Notes under the pieces: generated by a model
What the model saw: only the letters and a program-made list of their open reading frames with translations
Told to the model about the DNA's origin: nothing
The model's database searches: none
Position numbers and translations under genes: made by a program
Assembly: GCF_036321535.1 (NCBI RefSeq)
Contig: NC_087436.1
Location: forward strand, 9,610,001 to 9,674,000
Direction of reading: 5' to 3'
Source: Camelus dromedarius
Taxonomy: Eukaryota
DNA: 64,000 nucleotides
Part shown: positions 52,891 through 64,000 of the stretch, piece by piece
Layout: every line of letters begins with the position of its first letter
Position numbering within the stretch: position 1 is the first letter of the stretch

Positions 52891-55450
52891 AAAATGTTTC
52901 CAAAATTTGAAAAATATGAATACATTTTAATGCAGTTTCAGAAGCTCTGGTTTATACACAAGTTTTTTCCTCCCAACTAATATGTATGAACTCTGGCAAA
53001 AGCAGTCCTTCATTTCTATTTTGTCCTCAGTGTCAAATTCATTTTCTCCTTCCTGGCTCTCACTTCATTCCTTCCCAGTTACAGGATACCTCCTGCAGTT
53101 CTATTTTTTTTTTTTTTTTTTTTTTTTTTCAGGAAACTAAGTACTTTCAGATATTTCAAGGTATAAAAATAAGCTCTGCCATGAAACTGGGAAATCAAGT
53201 AAGAGAACAAAACACAGAATATAACTCTCCTTCTAAAAAGTGTCATTATTGAATAAACTTTGAAGTCTAATTTGTTAAAGTATTTCTTTAAGTCTTCCTG
53301 TCACTATAAAAAGAGGTTTACTTTATATTTTATTTGACAAAACTGTCAGAACATTTCTCAGGATTCCAAAACAATGTTTAAGAAAGGTCTATGGGGTACT
53401 TTACATTGAGTTGATATTCAAAAACTGCTTGTTACATTTTATTGCAAGAATAGGATAAATAATACATACAAATACACATGTGATTGAAATGACAGATTTC
53501 CATATAGAAAATAAAAGCTCACATAGACATTTTAAACTAATTCAACTATTTGAATTCCGTCTGGAACCAGAATAATATCCTTTGGGATTCAGTATCACTT
53601 CACTTCAAAAGCTGAAAATGTTTCTTAGAATTTTAGAAAGGGATCCTTGAGAACAGCTAATCTATGGCTTTCCCAGGTGCTGAAATTTTGGATTAATTGA
53701 AAGCTCATCCTGAATCATAAAGAGAAAAAAAAAATCTCCTTTCTATTTGAAGTGGGTACTGGGGATCTGTAATACTGTCAAATACAGTCTGCATCATCCT
53801 TTCCACAAAACCACCAGTAGGGAAGGCTCTGTTTTTATTTCAAAAAAACAAAACAAAGATAAGCAAGTCCTCCAGATTTAAAAGCTTTGTTTGAAATCCA
53901 CTGAGCTGGACCAGTCGCCTGATACCATGATCTCTCAGAAGAAGCTATGACCTCTACAGAATACAAGTCTAAAGTCAAAGCTAGTTAATATCAAGGTTGG
54001 GACTACAGGCTCACTTGTTCAGTCTTTTTATCTCTATTTAACTAACTTTACTTTGATATTTAAATGTCAGTCATCAACTGTTACTTACTGCATGGATGGT
54101 CATTTATTCAAAAAATGTAGTCAACAGCACTGCCCACTAAAAATAATCATCTTTTCTTAATTTTGTTACACTATCATAAGACCTATCTTTACACAGTAGG
54201 AAAATGCATTAAGGAGCTAAAAGATAAATTCAGTAACAAAATGAGTCGCAATCTTGGTACCTATCTTTCTTCTTTATCCTCTTCCCTCTCTGATTCTTGA
54301 TAATAAACTCTGGAATATCACCCAACCCCTGGAGAGGTCCAGGATTTCCAAAGAACACAGTCATGAGGGCAGCAATCTATTTGGAAGTAGTGGTGGGAAC
54401 AGCGAAGCAAATGTCTTATGCAGATTTCAGCTGTATCGTGGGAGGCACAGATAGAAGACTGATGAAGACTGGGGGATGGCCAATTCCTTGTGATTCCACT
54501 ATGAATCATCTGACCTCCTTTCACTGTGTGATTTCTCAGTGTAACTCTTCATAATAATTTTCGTGGTTCTATCTTAGCCCTTTTTTCTCCCTTACCTTGT
54601 GGACACCTAGAGATATACTACAATGCTCACCTTACTTCATTCACTCTTCCCACTGATAACTAAAAAGCTCTTTGATATTTTGTTCCTCTTATATCTTATC
54701 CAGATTTTTTAGTTTCTTTTTGTAGAAGACTTGATCTGAATAATTTAGCCAACTATTTCCCAAGAAGAGCAAACCAAAATAATCTCTCAATTATTGTGCC
54801 TTGATGACATCTACTCCACGCACTTATATTCTGTCAAAATTGTTAATTACAGTCTTCATAGGAGGGTGGAGTCATCCATAATTCTAGTAAGAATAGAACA
54901 CATTGACACTTACTGCAAAGAACTTGATATTGATGGAGTGAAAAGATAGCTGGACTGAGTGGGAAAAAAATTGAATAGGAAATTTCAGTTTGTTTTAGAC
55001 CAAACAGTAAGGCTTTCCTCCATCAATGTTGGCAACTCAGAAATAAAAGCATGAGAATCGAAGGTGTATTTTACCCAGGGGCGATGATTGACAAACAAAG
55101 GATTAAAAAATGAGATTATCATTAATGTGCAGGTCTATGATAGGAAGGCAGGAAAAAGAAATTAAAAGGAAACTGACAGATTATGAATAGGAGGAATTCA
55201 AAAGCCAAATATCAAAGAGTGACAAGTGTGTAGGAAATATTGAAGGAAGGAGGAGATTTTAAAAGCCCGTAATCTGATAGAAAATGTAGATCATTTCTAA
55301 CAAGGTACAAAAGAAGAGTTGTTCCCGGTGTGACTGAATAGACGAAGATCACTGGAGCAGGAAGGCAGAAGCTCTGTGAAAGTATTTTGATTTTGTTTTG
55401 AATGCTAACATTTTTTTCTTAAAAAAGCATGATCAGAAATTAATATTTTG

Positions 55451-55534
55451 GGAGGGGTGGGAATAGCTCAGTGGTAAAGTGCATGCTTAGCATGCACGAA
55501 GTCTTGGGTTCAATCCCCAGTACCTCCATTTAAA
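55451..55534 (+). mobile_element. Camelid tRNA-derived SINE (Vic-1-like), full length
   Basis: A box TAGCTCAGTGG, B box GGTTCAATCC, A tail. TSD AAATTAATATTTTG (55437-55450) / AAACTAATATTCTG (55535-55548). Confidence 0.93.
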
Positions 55535-55569
55535 AAACTAATATTCTGATAAAATTTCAGATGTCTTCT

Positions 55570-56062
55570 GGTGATGGGTAAATGTGTATGCCAACTTGAC
55601 TAACCACAGGGTGCCCAGGTTAAACGTTATTTCTGGGCGTCTACAAGGGTGTTTCAGGATGAGATTAGCCTGTGAATCAGTGGACTCAGTATAAGTTGCC
55701 CTCCCCAATGTGCATGAGCTTCATCTGATCCATTAGCGATCTGCATAGAACAAAAAGCAGAGGAAGGAATTTTACCCTTTTTTGGGGGGGGGGGGAGGTG
55801 TTGAGTTAATTGAGCTTGGATACCTCATTTAATCATCTATGACCCTCAGACTGGGATTTACACCATCAGCTCCCCAGGTTCTCAGGCCTTTGGATTTGGA
55901 CTACATTACAACACCAGCTTTCCCAGGTTCCAGTTTGCAGAAGGTAGATCATTGGAACTTCGCACTCTTCATAACTGTGTGAGCCAATTCCTCATACTCA
56001 AACTTGAATCAATCAATAATCACCTACTCGTTCTATTTCTCTCGCTCACCTTGATTAATACA
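55570..56062 (+). mobile_element. MLT2B-like (ERVL) solo LTR
   Basis: gtgatgggtaaatgtgtatgccaacttgact...ttgccctccccaatgtg...ggttctcaggcctttgga...gattaataca. Perfect 5-bp TSD CTTCT (55565-55569 / 56063-56067). Confidence 0.9.
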
Positions 56063-57279
56063 CTTCTTGTAGATCATAAACTTAATTTTTGAAAAAAGTA
56101 TTTTACTTCAGCAGAATATTCCTTTTTACTGCTCACTCATGTTGACATTTAGCCAAAATATGTATTTTTTTTATTTCCAGCTTATAGATAAATGTTATAC
56201 AAAAGCATAATACAGGCATCTGGATCATACAGATAAGTCTCCTCAAAGACTTAAAGTCTCCTCTAAACCTTCTCAAAGGTTAGTTCTTTTCTGTTCTAGC
56301 AGTGTTTTCCAAATCAAGGCAAACGTATAAGAAATGCACACCTCACGTCTGAAAATCTTGGCAATTTCCACTGGTGTGTAGATAGGCTTTGTAACATTTT
56401 AAATTTGTATTTGTTTAACGTGTATTAGAGAAAAACTGGCACCTCGAATCCATAATTTAATTGCCTACATATTCAGGCTGTTAACTAGACATAGCCTATC
56501 TAAATAAAAAATTAAATGAACAATATTATAGTTCAAATACTGTTAGCAAAAATCATGAAAGCAGTAAATGACTGTTTGAAATATCGAATTACTTAATATT
56601 GACTCCTAAAAAGTCATGTTTGCTCTGATCTATATCTGGCCCCAAATCTTCCTGTAATATATGAAGGAAAAATGTATATAGTTCCCCATGAAAATGCACA
56701 TCCAGTGTAGATTGTATGGAATGTATTATAAAAAGGATGTCTCAGCGTATGAATTTTAACCCACGATTCTTGTTAATTCTTCTCTTGTACGAAATGTCCT
56801 GCTGATGGGTCACTGGAAGGACCTTGACTTTGACTTTGAATGAGATGAAAACTACTGGACAGTCTTGAGTGCAAAGGATCTGATTCATATTTTTAAAGGA
56901 TTATTTTTAAAGGTGCGGTATAGGTAAAGGTGCAAGAAGGGAGACCAGGGAGGAGTCTCATGCAATAAACTCAGGCAGGAGATGAGAGTGCTTTCACCAG
57001 AATGGCAACAGGAAAGGTGGCTCACACAGGGAATAAAATCAGGAAATATTTGAATAACAGTACAACGTAATTTGCTGACAGATTTTATATGAATTACGAT
57101 AGAGAAAAATGAAGAATTCTTCTATATGTTCAAAGAGACCAGCTTAAGTTACAATTTTAAGGCTACAATTTCTACTTACAAGTGAAGGAAACAAAACTCT
57201 ACCTTAGATGGAAGAGACCTGGCATTGAAGTACAATTAGTTTGTGGAGTAACAAGAATCCAGGCACCGAAACTCAAAAT

Positions 57280-57324
57280 CGTTGTTGTTGTTGTCGTTGT
57301 TGTTGTCGTTGTCATTGTCGTTGT
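57280..57324. repeat. Interrupted (GTT/GTC)n trinucleotide microsatellite
   Basis: gttgttgttgttgtcgttgttgttgtcgttgtcattgtcgttgtt. Confidence 0.95.
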
Positions 57325-58564
57325 TTTTGCCGTACCTACGTTGCTTCTCAATGTACTGTTTAGGCCATTTAAACTTAAGCCGTGAACATTTTGCCCAGTA
57401 CAATCATACGGCATCAGAACTTCCGAAACTTCTGAGTAACATCTGCCTTCCGCAGTTGACTGTTTTTGAATGAGATGCTGTAAAATTATCAGAGGGTTCG
57501 CAGGTTCTCCAGGATGTAACCTCACAACGTATCATGTATTTTTTCACTCAGTTGCTGAGGCGGAGGAAAGACTGTTACGATACGCTGTGAATGAACTCAT
57601 CCTTTCTTCAACAAAGAAAGAACAGTTCTGGGTGAGATGCTTTCATGTTTCTCCTCACTTTTTACAATCTCAGTGACCACGGCAAACAAATGAGAAGTGC
57701 TGTGGAAAAGCTGAGAGAAGCAACTGTATTAAGGCAGCTGTGTGAATTTTCGTTCTGACAGCTTCCTCTCCAGCTCCTTCTCTTTGAGAGGGTAAAACTT
57801 CTCATTTAATACAAGAAAGCAATTTGACCTAAGAGTCCTTGAATTAAATCTTCAGAATAAAAGGAAGTTCAGACACGGTTTGATGAGCCATAGGAGCAAC
57901 ACAAGCCGCAGTCTTCAGGTCCATGTCAATCGATGTGGCAACACATTCCCAAGAGCTCCTTCCCATGGCCCCCTTTGATTGCAGGCAGCATTCAGAACTG
58001 AAGGATGATGACACACCAGAGGTGCAGGCATCCTCAGAGGCTATGGGGACAAGCTGGTTGGCAGCAAACTGCACCTCCCTGGTCCACTGAATGATGAATT
58101 GACTGAACCCACTTCAGGCTTTCTGTTCTTGAGCTTAGTGGGAAAAAATGGAACATTGAAATGAATTCCAGGAAAACAGCCAGGTCCAAAATTAAGGTGA
58201 TCATTTGGACTTATGTCTTATAAGTTAACCAATAGTGTTTTCGTAGCCTGGATTTTCCGTATGCAACCCTTAGATCATAAGGTCCAAACATAATTATAGG
58301 ATAACCTGTGAAGCCTCCATTAACACTTAGATGACCATGGAACGCATACCAAGAAGAAGGGATAACATTTTTGTGGTGAGAATGAGACAGTGGCAGGAAA
58401 GTAATGAGATTTGGGTTTTATATGGTGTTTATGTGGATTTATCACATCCATTTATGGCTATGCCTTGTATACATCTGTTTTGTAGACAACTTAGATGGCT
58501 GGAAAGTGAACTAGGATTGCCAGGAATAGAAAAAAAATGGATATAAAACTTAACACTGTTTCTA

Positions 58565-58858
58565 AAACATTTTATCAGATAAAATACAGGATACTCAGTT
58601 CAATTGGAATTTCAGACAGACCATAAGTAATTTTTAGTATAAATGTGTTGTAAAAATTGTAGTTTTTTTAAGTTCGTTTATTGTGCATTTTAGTATTATT
58701 TAGAATTTCATATTATCTAGTATTGCAGATTTTAGCATTTAAGTATGGCCTAGATACTGCGTGGAGAATTCTTAAGCTAAAAATTTTGTTGATGTCTATA
58801 TGAATTTCAAAATGAACTGTGCACAATGTATTTTTATTTCCTAAATCTGGCAAACTTA
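58565..58858. mobile_element. MER53-like palindromic DNA transposon relic
   Basis: Left arm ataaaatacaggatactcagttcaattggaatttcaga and right arm tgaatttcaaaatgaactg...tgtatttttatttcctaaatctggcaa are roughly reverse-complementary. Confidence 0.65.
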
Positions 58859-59139
58859 GGTGGAAAGAGGGCATTTGGGATAAATCAGCAAAGTTTTGAG
58901 GAGAACATGTTTTCCAGGAAGTTGGGCCACTTGTTGGAGTGTCATTCTTGTCACTGATCAGCTGTGTGATGGTGAGCTTGTCCGACTCTCAGTTCTCAGC
59001 TGCCAGTCAAATCATCTAAAGCACTGTTGGTTCCAGTTTTATGATGTGTATATACTCAAAACTGAAATGTCCTGTTATACGAAAACCATCACTCTGGGTT
59101 ATTAAGCTAAACACGACCAGCAACCAGTAATTGAGACTT

Positions 59140-59370
59140 TTTAAGGAGCTATACAAAGCACTGTATTTGTAGGGTATTAATCACTTAACCCTAGATAATC
59201 TATTAAGACAATAACATCGTTGGAATTACCACTCCCCATTTTACAGATGAGAAGACTCTGCTTCAAAGTTGAAATAGCTTGCTTTGAGGACACACAGCTA
59301 CTAAGTGGCAGGTCCAGGGTTTACACAGAGATCCTGATAACACCAAAGCTTCCACTTGGTCACACAGTTC
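59140..59370 (-). mobile_element. MIR SINE relic
   Basis: ccccattttacagatgagaagact...cacacagctactaagtggcag...cagggttt. Confidence 0.7.
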
Positions 59371-60367
59371 TTTCCAGTGACGCTTAAAGCAGATCTGACA
59401 ACTATCCAGCCTTCTTCATCGCCTTTAACGTATTATATAGACAGTCAACCTTGGATGTATTTATCTGCATGAAAAAGAAGAACAAAGGCAAAGCACTGAC
59501 TTTTCCCATACATATAAACAGGAAATAGAGATCAACCGCTATTTTGCCAACTTGCCTTTAACTCCAGAAGGCTTTTTTTTTTTCCCCTTGGTAGTTTCAT
59601 TTCTGCAGAGCCTCACTTTAAAAGAAAATTAAGAACCAGTTGGCAGAGCCTAAACTAGTCTCAGTTGTCTGGCAAAGCATCCATTGAAAGACCACAGGTT
59701 CACAGTCTGAGTTAATAAAGATGCAGCTCATGCCGTGTGGTGCCCAGCAGTTTTCAGTGTGGCTGAAGGATGGGAGATGCCAAGAGTATTTTAGGAAATG
59801 CAATCAAGCTAGTCCAGGAATAAACCCATTAATGATAAAATCAATCACACGTTGCCAAGTCACTGAAAGCACTTTTCATTGTCCTAAGCATCACATACAA
59901 TCGCTGCTTGATTAATTGCTATGTCTAGAAAATGACAGGCAAAATACAATATTCCAAAGTAGCACACCATCATAAATAGAACATAAATGACTTTATGACG
60001 TCATTAAACTGTCAGCGCACTTTTACCAAAATACAGTGTTAATTAAAAAAAAAAAGGAAAACCTCTTCTAGCATTTATGACCCTTTCTGCAACGAGAAGG
60101 ATGTGAGCAGACATGTAGCAAATGCCATGAGACAGAAAACCACGACACCTGAGGTGAAGCAGATTCAGTTCTGCTACAATTGAATGGAGGTGCAGGGAAT
60201 GAGGCCACGAGTTTCCAGCAGGAGGGAGAATGAGGTTGCTAATGAATATTGATGAGAGTATTGAATAATAATGAGAATAATGTTGCTGCTTGTTGAGGGA
60301 GGAAAGGCTTGGTTTGGATTCATTTCCCACCACTACATGGTGCTAGGGACCAAGAAAACAACTGGCA

Positions 60368-60472
60368 GTGCTCGCTTCAGCAGCATGTATACTACAATTG
60401 GACCGATACAGAAAAGGTTAGCATGGCCCCTGTGTAAGGATGGCATGCAAATTCGTGAAGCGTTCCATATTT
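60368..60472 (+). pseudogene. RNU6: Full-length U6 snRNA retropseudogene
   Basis: Collinear with the mammalian U6 sequence as I recall it (GTGCTCGCTTC...GAAGCGTTCCATATTT), 11 substitutions in 105 nt and no indels. The ACAGAGA box reads ACAGAAA. It is fused to an L1 3' end. Confidence 0.97.
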
Positions 60473-60796
60473 ATACACAAATTAACTTATTTACAAAACA
60501 GAAACAAACTCAGACATAGAAAACAAACTCATGGTTTACAGGTAGGCAGTGGCCTTAGAAGGGATAAATTGAGAATTCGAGATTTGCAGATACTAACTAC
60601 TATATATAAACTAAGTAAACAAGTTTCTTCTGCATAGCACAGGGAACTATATTCAATATCTTGTAGTAACCAATAATGAAAAAGAATATGAAAATGAATA
60701 TATGTATCTATATGTATGACTGAAACATGCTGTACACCAGAAATTGCCACAAGATTATAAATTGACTCTACTTTAATAAAATAAATAAGAATAATT
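60473..60796 (+). mobile_element. L1 3'UTR with A-rich tail, joined directly to U6
   Basis: aacttatttacaaaacagaaacaaactcagacatagaaaacaaactcatgg...gagatttgcagatactaactac...ctttaataaaataaataag; same L1 type as 42210-42540. Confidence 0.95.
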
Positions 60797-61756
60797 AACA
60801 AACTGGCCAAATCTTGGCACCTGATTAAGGAAGTCCAACTCCCTTAAAAGAAATTCTAATGTGTCAAGAGTACAGGCAAACAAAATTGGGATGTAAATGA
60901 ACTACCTGGCTTCTCAGAAATGAGGCTGCTCTAAAGGAAGCAGTGCAGAGAGTCAACAATAATACGAAGACAGACAGCAGCTTCAGCAGCGTTAGGGATT
61001 TGGGTACCAACCTCATCGGAATGGATGGGTACCATCTCAGGACCATGGGGAACAAAGAGGACGTGCAGAACAGGACGAACAGCAGCAGTACGTGGGGCTC
61101 CTTGGGAATCTTCCTTCTACTGAACCCCAAGTCTATAATGAGTGGAAATAGAGTGATGGCAAATGGGTCCTTTGGAGCCTGGCAATAAATCACTGGGTAT
61201 TATCTGGGGCCCTAACTATATCAGCTCCCGAGGTCTAGACGAGGACTGGCTAATGAGCACCCTGAATGAGTCATTTCATTTAATGAAAGAAACCCATGGA
61301 GGAATCAATGTCTTGTGCTATTTGCCTTCAGGGTTAGGGACCGAACGTCATAATGGATTTTGATGGAAAATGACATTCTGTGATCTAAGCCAGCTATTTA
61401 ACCTGTGTTGTGTGACTCAGCAGTGGACAAAATGGTACCAAAAAACAAAACGAACAAGCAAAAGAAAAAAAAAGAAAAAACTAACAAAAAGCACTGTAAC
61501 CACTGTGGAATTTCAGTTTAATATCTGAACATGGGTCTGCGCTCATTTTCAAAGCCATAAATGAGACACCAGCTGGGCTTAATTCACGATGAATGATTTT
61601 CCTTGGGTCCCATTTTAAAATTAATTACCTACCTTACCTCGCTGTGGTTTTCATAATTAACCTCTAAAAATTATTGGACAAGCGTTGCGAAAACAGAAAT
61701 TGCTCTAGCCAGTGTATGTAAGAATTTACCAAAGAAGACTAAGTGTCTTGCAAAAT

Positions 61757-62395
61757 TGTAGGGGAAGAGATGAAGAAACATTCTCTAGGCTAAGCTTCCA
61801 GAAAGAACTTCTCTTAGAATCGAATAAAAAGAATCAGAGACAGCTCAATGGCAGAGTCAGGTTTATTGCGAGAAATTTGTGCAGAGTCTCCAGTCAGACT
61901 CGAGTACAGGCTTGGTTATTTCTGCCTGGGGATAGGAGTTGACTGGTGGGTTCTTATGCAAATGAGGGATGCTGAACGTGAAAGGGGCGTGGCTGAATGA
62001 GAGAGGGGCGGGGATGAACGTTCCCACCAGTAGTTCTCACTCAGGTCCGGGGAGGGTTTTACAGGCAAAAGGCGGAAGTTGTGGCTTGCAGTCAACGAGG
62101 CTTGTCCCAAAATGGTGGTGGATCACCAAAATGGAGTGGTCTTCTCTATCAACTTCCATCATCAGGAAGCCACCCCCATGAATCTGGAGGCTGTTACAGC
62201 AGCTCCTTGATCTGCACCAGCAAAATGGACACGCCCCGCCCCCCATACTGCCTCCCTCCTTGCAAGTTCCAGTCCGAGTCTTAGGGATGTGTGGTCTTAA
62301 TTGGCATGCATGCCACCAACCACACAAGCAGCCAAGAAATCTGAGAAGCGTTATCCCCTGCCTCTCTGATCTTTGGCTGAGAGAGTAGGAATACA
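61757..62395 (-). mobile_element. ERV-like solo LTR, GC-rich and motif-dense
   Basis: Abrupt GC/CpG rise, TG at the left end, minus-strand AATAAA (tttatt 61862-61867) with promoter motifs upstream of it on the minus strand. Right boundary uncertain. Confidence 0.65.
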
Positions 62396-63806
62396 TGTCG
62401 AGCTAAGTGATTCACAGATTTACTGTTAGGATCCAGTACTTTTACAAACACAAAATACTTTTGTGCCTTGACAAGACCCTCAATGGACAAATACAATCAC
62501 ATGCCTATCTTATCTGAACTATCTTATCTGAAATATGAGGTGACATTGATTTAAAAGGCTTTCTTTAGATAACTGAACATGCATAAACCTCAACTAAGAA
62601 CCTCTAACAACTGAATGATCAATTGCTATGATCAAAGGAAAATTTGCTGGAAATAAATTTAAAAAATATAACATATACAACATATGTCATTTTATTCATA
62701 GATACTGAGAGAAAGAGAGAAAGAACAGAATTATTTGATAATTTCCATGGGAAGAAGAATTAACTGACTCAGTCCATTATTAAAATAGGTAAGTTCTTGA
62801 AGTTATTCAAATTCTTAAAGATTAATTCCCAAGTTTGACCTTTCCCATTCTTACCTAGAAGAAACATAGCAAAACACTTGGAATGAATTTGGAAGTATTC
62901 TTTCAAATAGAATTGTGCCTAGATTCTTCGGTGAAAGGAAAAAAAGGAATTGTACATGTTACTATGTTGATTAAATACAGTTGTTAGTTATTTTAAACCA
63001 GAAATCTACTTTTTTTAGAATTCTATGCATATACTTCACAAAGTTATTAAAATGTTCTATGTAAATCTTAATAAATTTCTTATGAAAGTGAGCCTTAATG
63101 TACTCATAACTTAACTTTTCTCACGTTTATCCCATTTGTTTAGCTTTAGATAATCTGCTAATATTACGGAAAACTTTACCTATTCATTGTATTATTCTTA
63201 CTTTCATCTTTATCTCAATAAATTATTTCATGAAGCTTTTAAAGTTAAGTATAATAGACTATTGGTCTTTGTGGATTTAAGATCTGCTTTTTTGACATGC
63301 AGTACTGTGAAATTTAGCTCAAGCTCAAAGGTAAGACTTTGCCTTCCAAAGTGGCCCACATTAGCCAAACAGAAAAGGTGGGAAAACCACAAGTGAACAT
63401 TATAAGCTATAGTGGTAGAATAGGATGTGGAGTGCTGGACCACCAGTAGGTCATCATGGCGCAAGCATCTGAGGTGTGCAGGGATGTGAGGGTGGGCAAC
63501 ACTGGGAAGGCAAACAGGAGACAGATCTTGGAGGTTTGAGTTTGTCCTGCTTACATTTTGAACATTATCCCGTAGACCATGGGGAAACATTGAAAACTAT
63601 TCAACTGAGGGATAAAGTCATCATCAGAAGCATAAACTAACTCGTTCTGTGCTTTCTGAATATCACTCTTTAGCAGTGATGGGATGATTTCAGAAGCGTC
63701 ACAGAGAAAATAAGAACAGCAGCTAACGGAACAGATTGGAAATGACAGGGCTTAAGATCAGGAAAAGAGCAATAAGATGAAGAATGTCATAAAAATTCAA
63801 GAGATA

Positions 63807-64000
63807 CATCTACAAGTAATAAATACTGGAGATGGTGTGTAGAAAAAGGAGACCTCCTTACCTGTTGGTGGGAATGTAAATTGTTGCAGCCGCTATGTAG
63901 GACAGTATGGAGATTCCCTATAAAAAACTGAAAATAGAGTTAACATATGAGCCACTAATTCCACTTCTGGGCATATATCTGGAGAAAACTATAATTCAAA
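63807..64000 (+). mobile_element. 5'-truncated L1 (ORF2 C-terminal region) running off the window end
   Basis: aataaatactggagatggtgtg...ctgttggtgggaatgtaaattg...ccacttctgggcatatatctggagaaaactataattcaaa. Confidence 0.92.

Noticed and set aside
55451..55530. tRNA gene (also at 35409, 38310 and 44165)
   Set aside because: A and B boxes are present, but A-rich tails, TSDs and multiple diverged copies identify these as tRNA-derived SINEs.
57182..57525. Poly-Val and poly-Thr ORFs
   Set aside because: Translations of the GTT/GTC microsatellite.
60368..60472. Functional U6 snRNA gene
   Set aside because: It has 11 substitutions including the ACAGAGA box, no TATA about 30 bp upstream, no intact oligo-T terminator, and is fused to L1.
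1..64000. Host protein-coding gene among the six-frame ORFs
   Set aside because: All ORFs are 160 aa or shorter, many start at non-ATG codons or lie within repeats, and none resembles a known host protein or forms a consistent exon chain.

Overview
This is AT-rich, repeat-dense mammalian DNA, either intergenic or deep intronic. The short tRNA-derived SINEs (GGGGAGGGTATAGCTCAGTGGTAGAG...GGGTTCAATCCCCAGTACCTCCA, Vic-1-like) and the L1 3' ends suggest a camelid (alpaca, llama or camel); this is recognised from memory, not from a database search. No host protein-coding gene can be supported. The only recognisable protein in the ORF track is a disrupted L1 ORF2p endonuclease fragment (about 35.5-36.2 kb, minus strand). 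The window holds many solo LTRs (ERV1-like, LTR40, MER21, MLT1/MLT2), truncated L1s, SINEs, old L2/MIR and DNA-transposon relics. The most notable structures are: a full-length U6 snRNA retrocopy fused to an L1 3' end; two 5'-inverted (twin-primed) L1 insertions; tail-less internal L1 fragments; LTRs carrying CCAAT-repeat, octamer, KLF or STAT motif clusters; an AT-rich patch with no CpG depletion next to a candidate exon; and several unique-sequence motif clusters that could be conserved enhancers. I found no evidence of a new biological system. The findings are instances of known retrotransposition mechanisms plus testable regulatory hypotheses. Repeat family names are approximate, and old-element boundaries are good to tens of bp.
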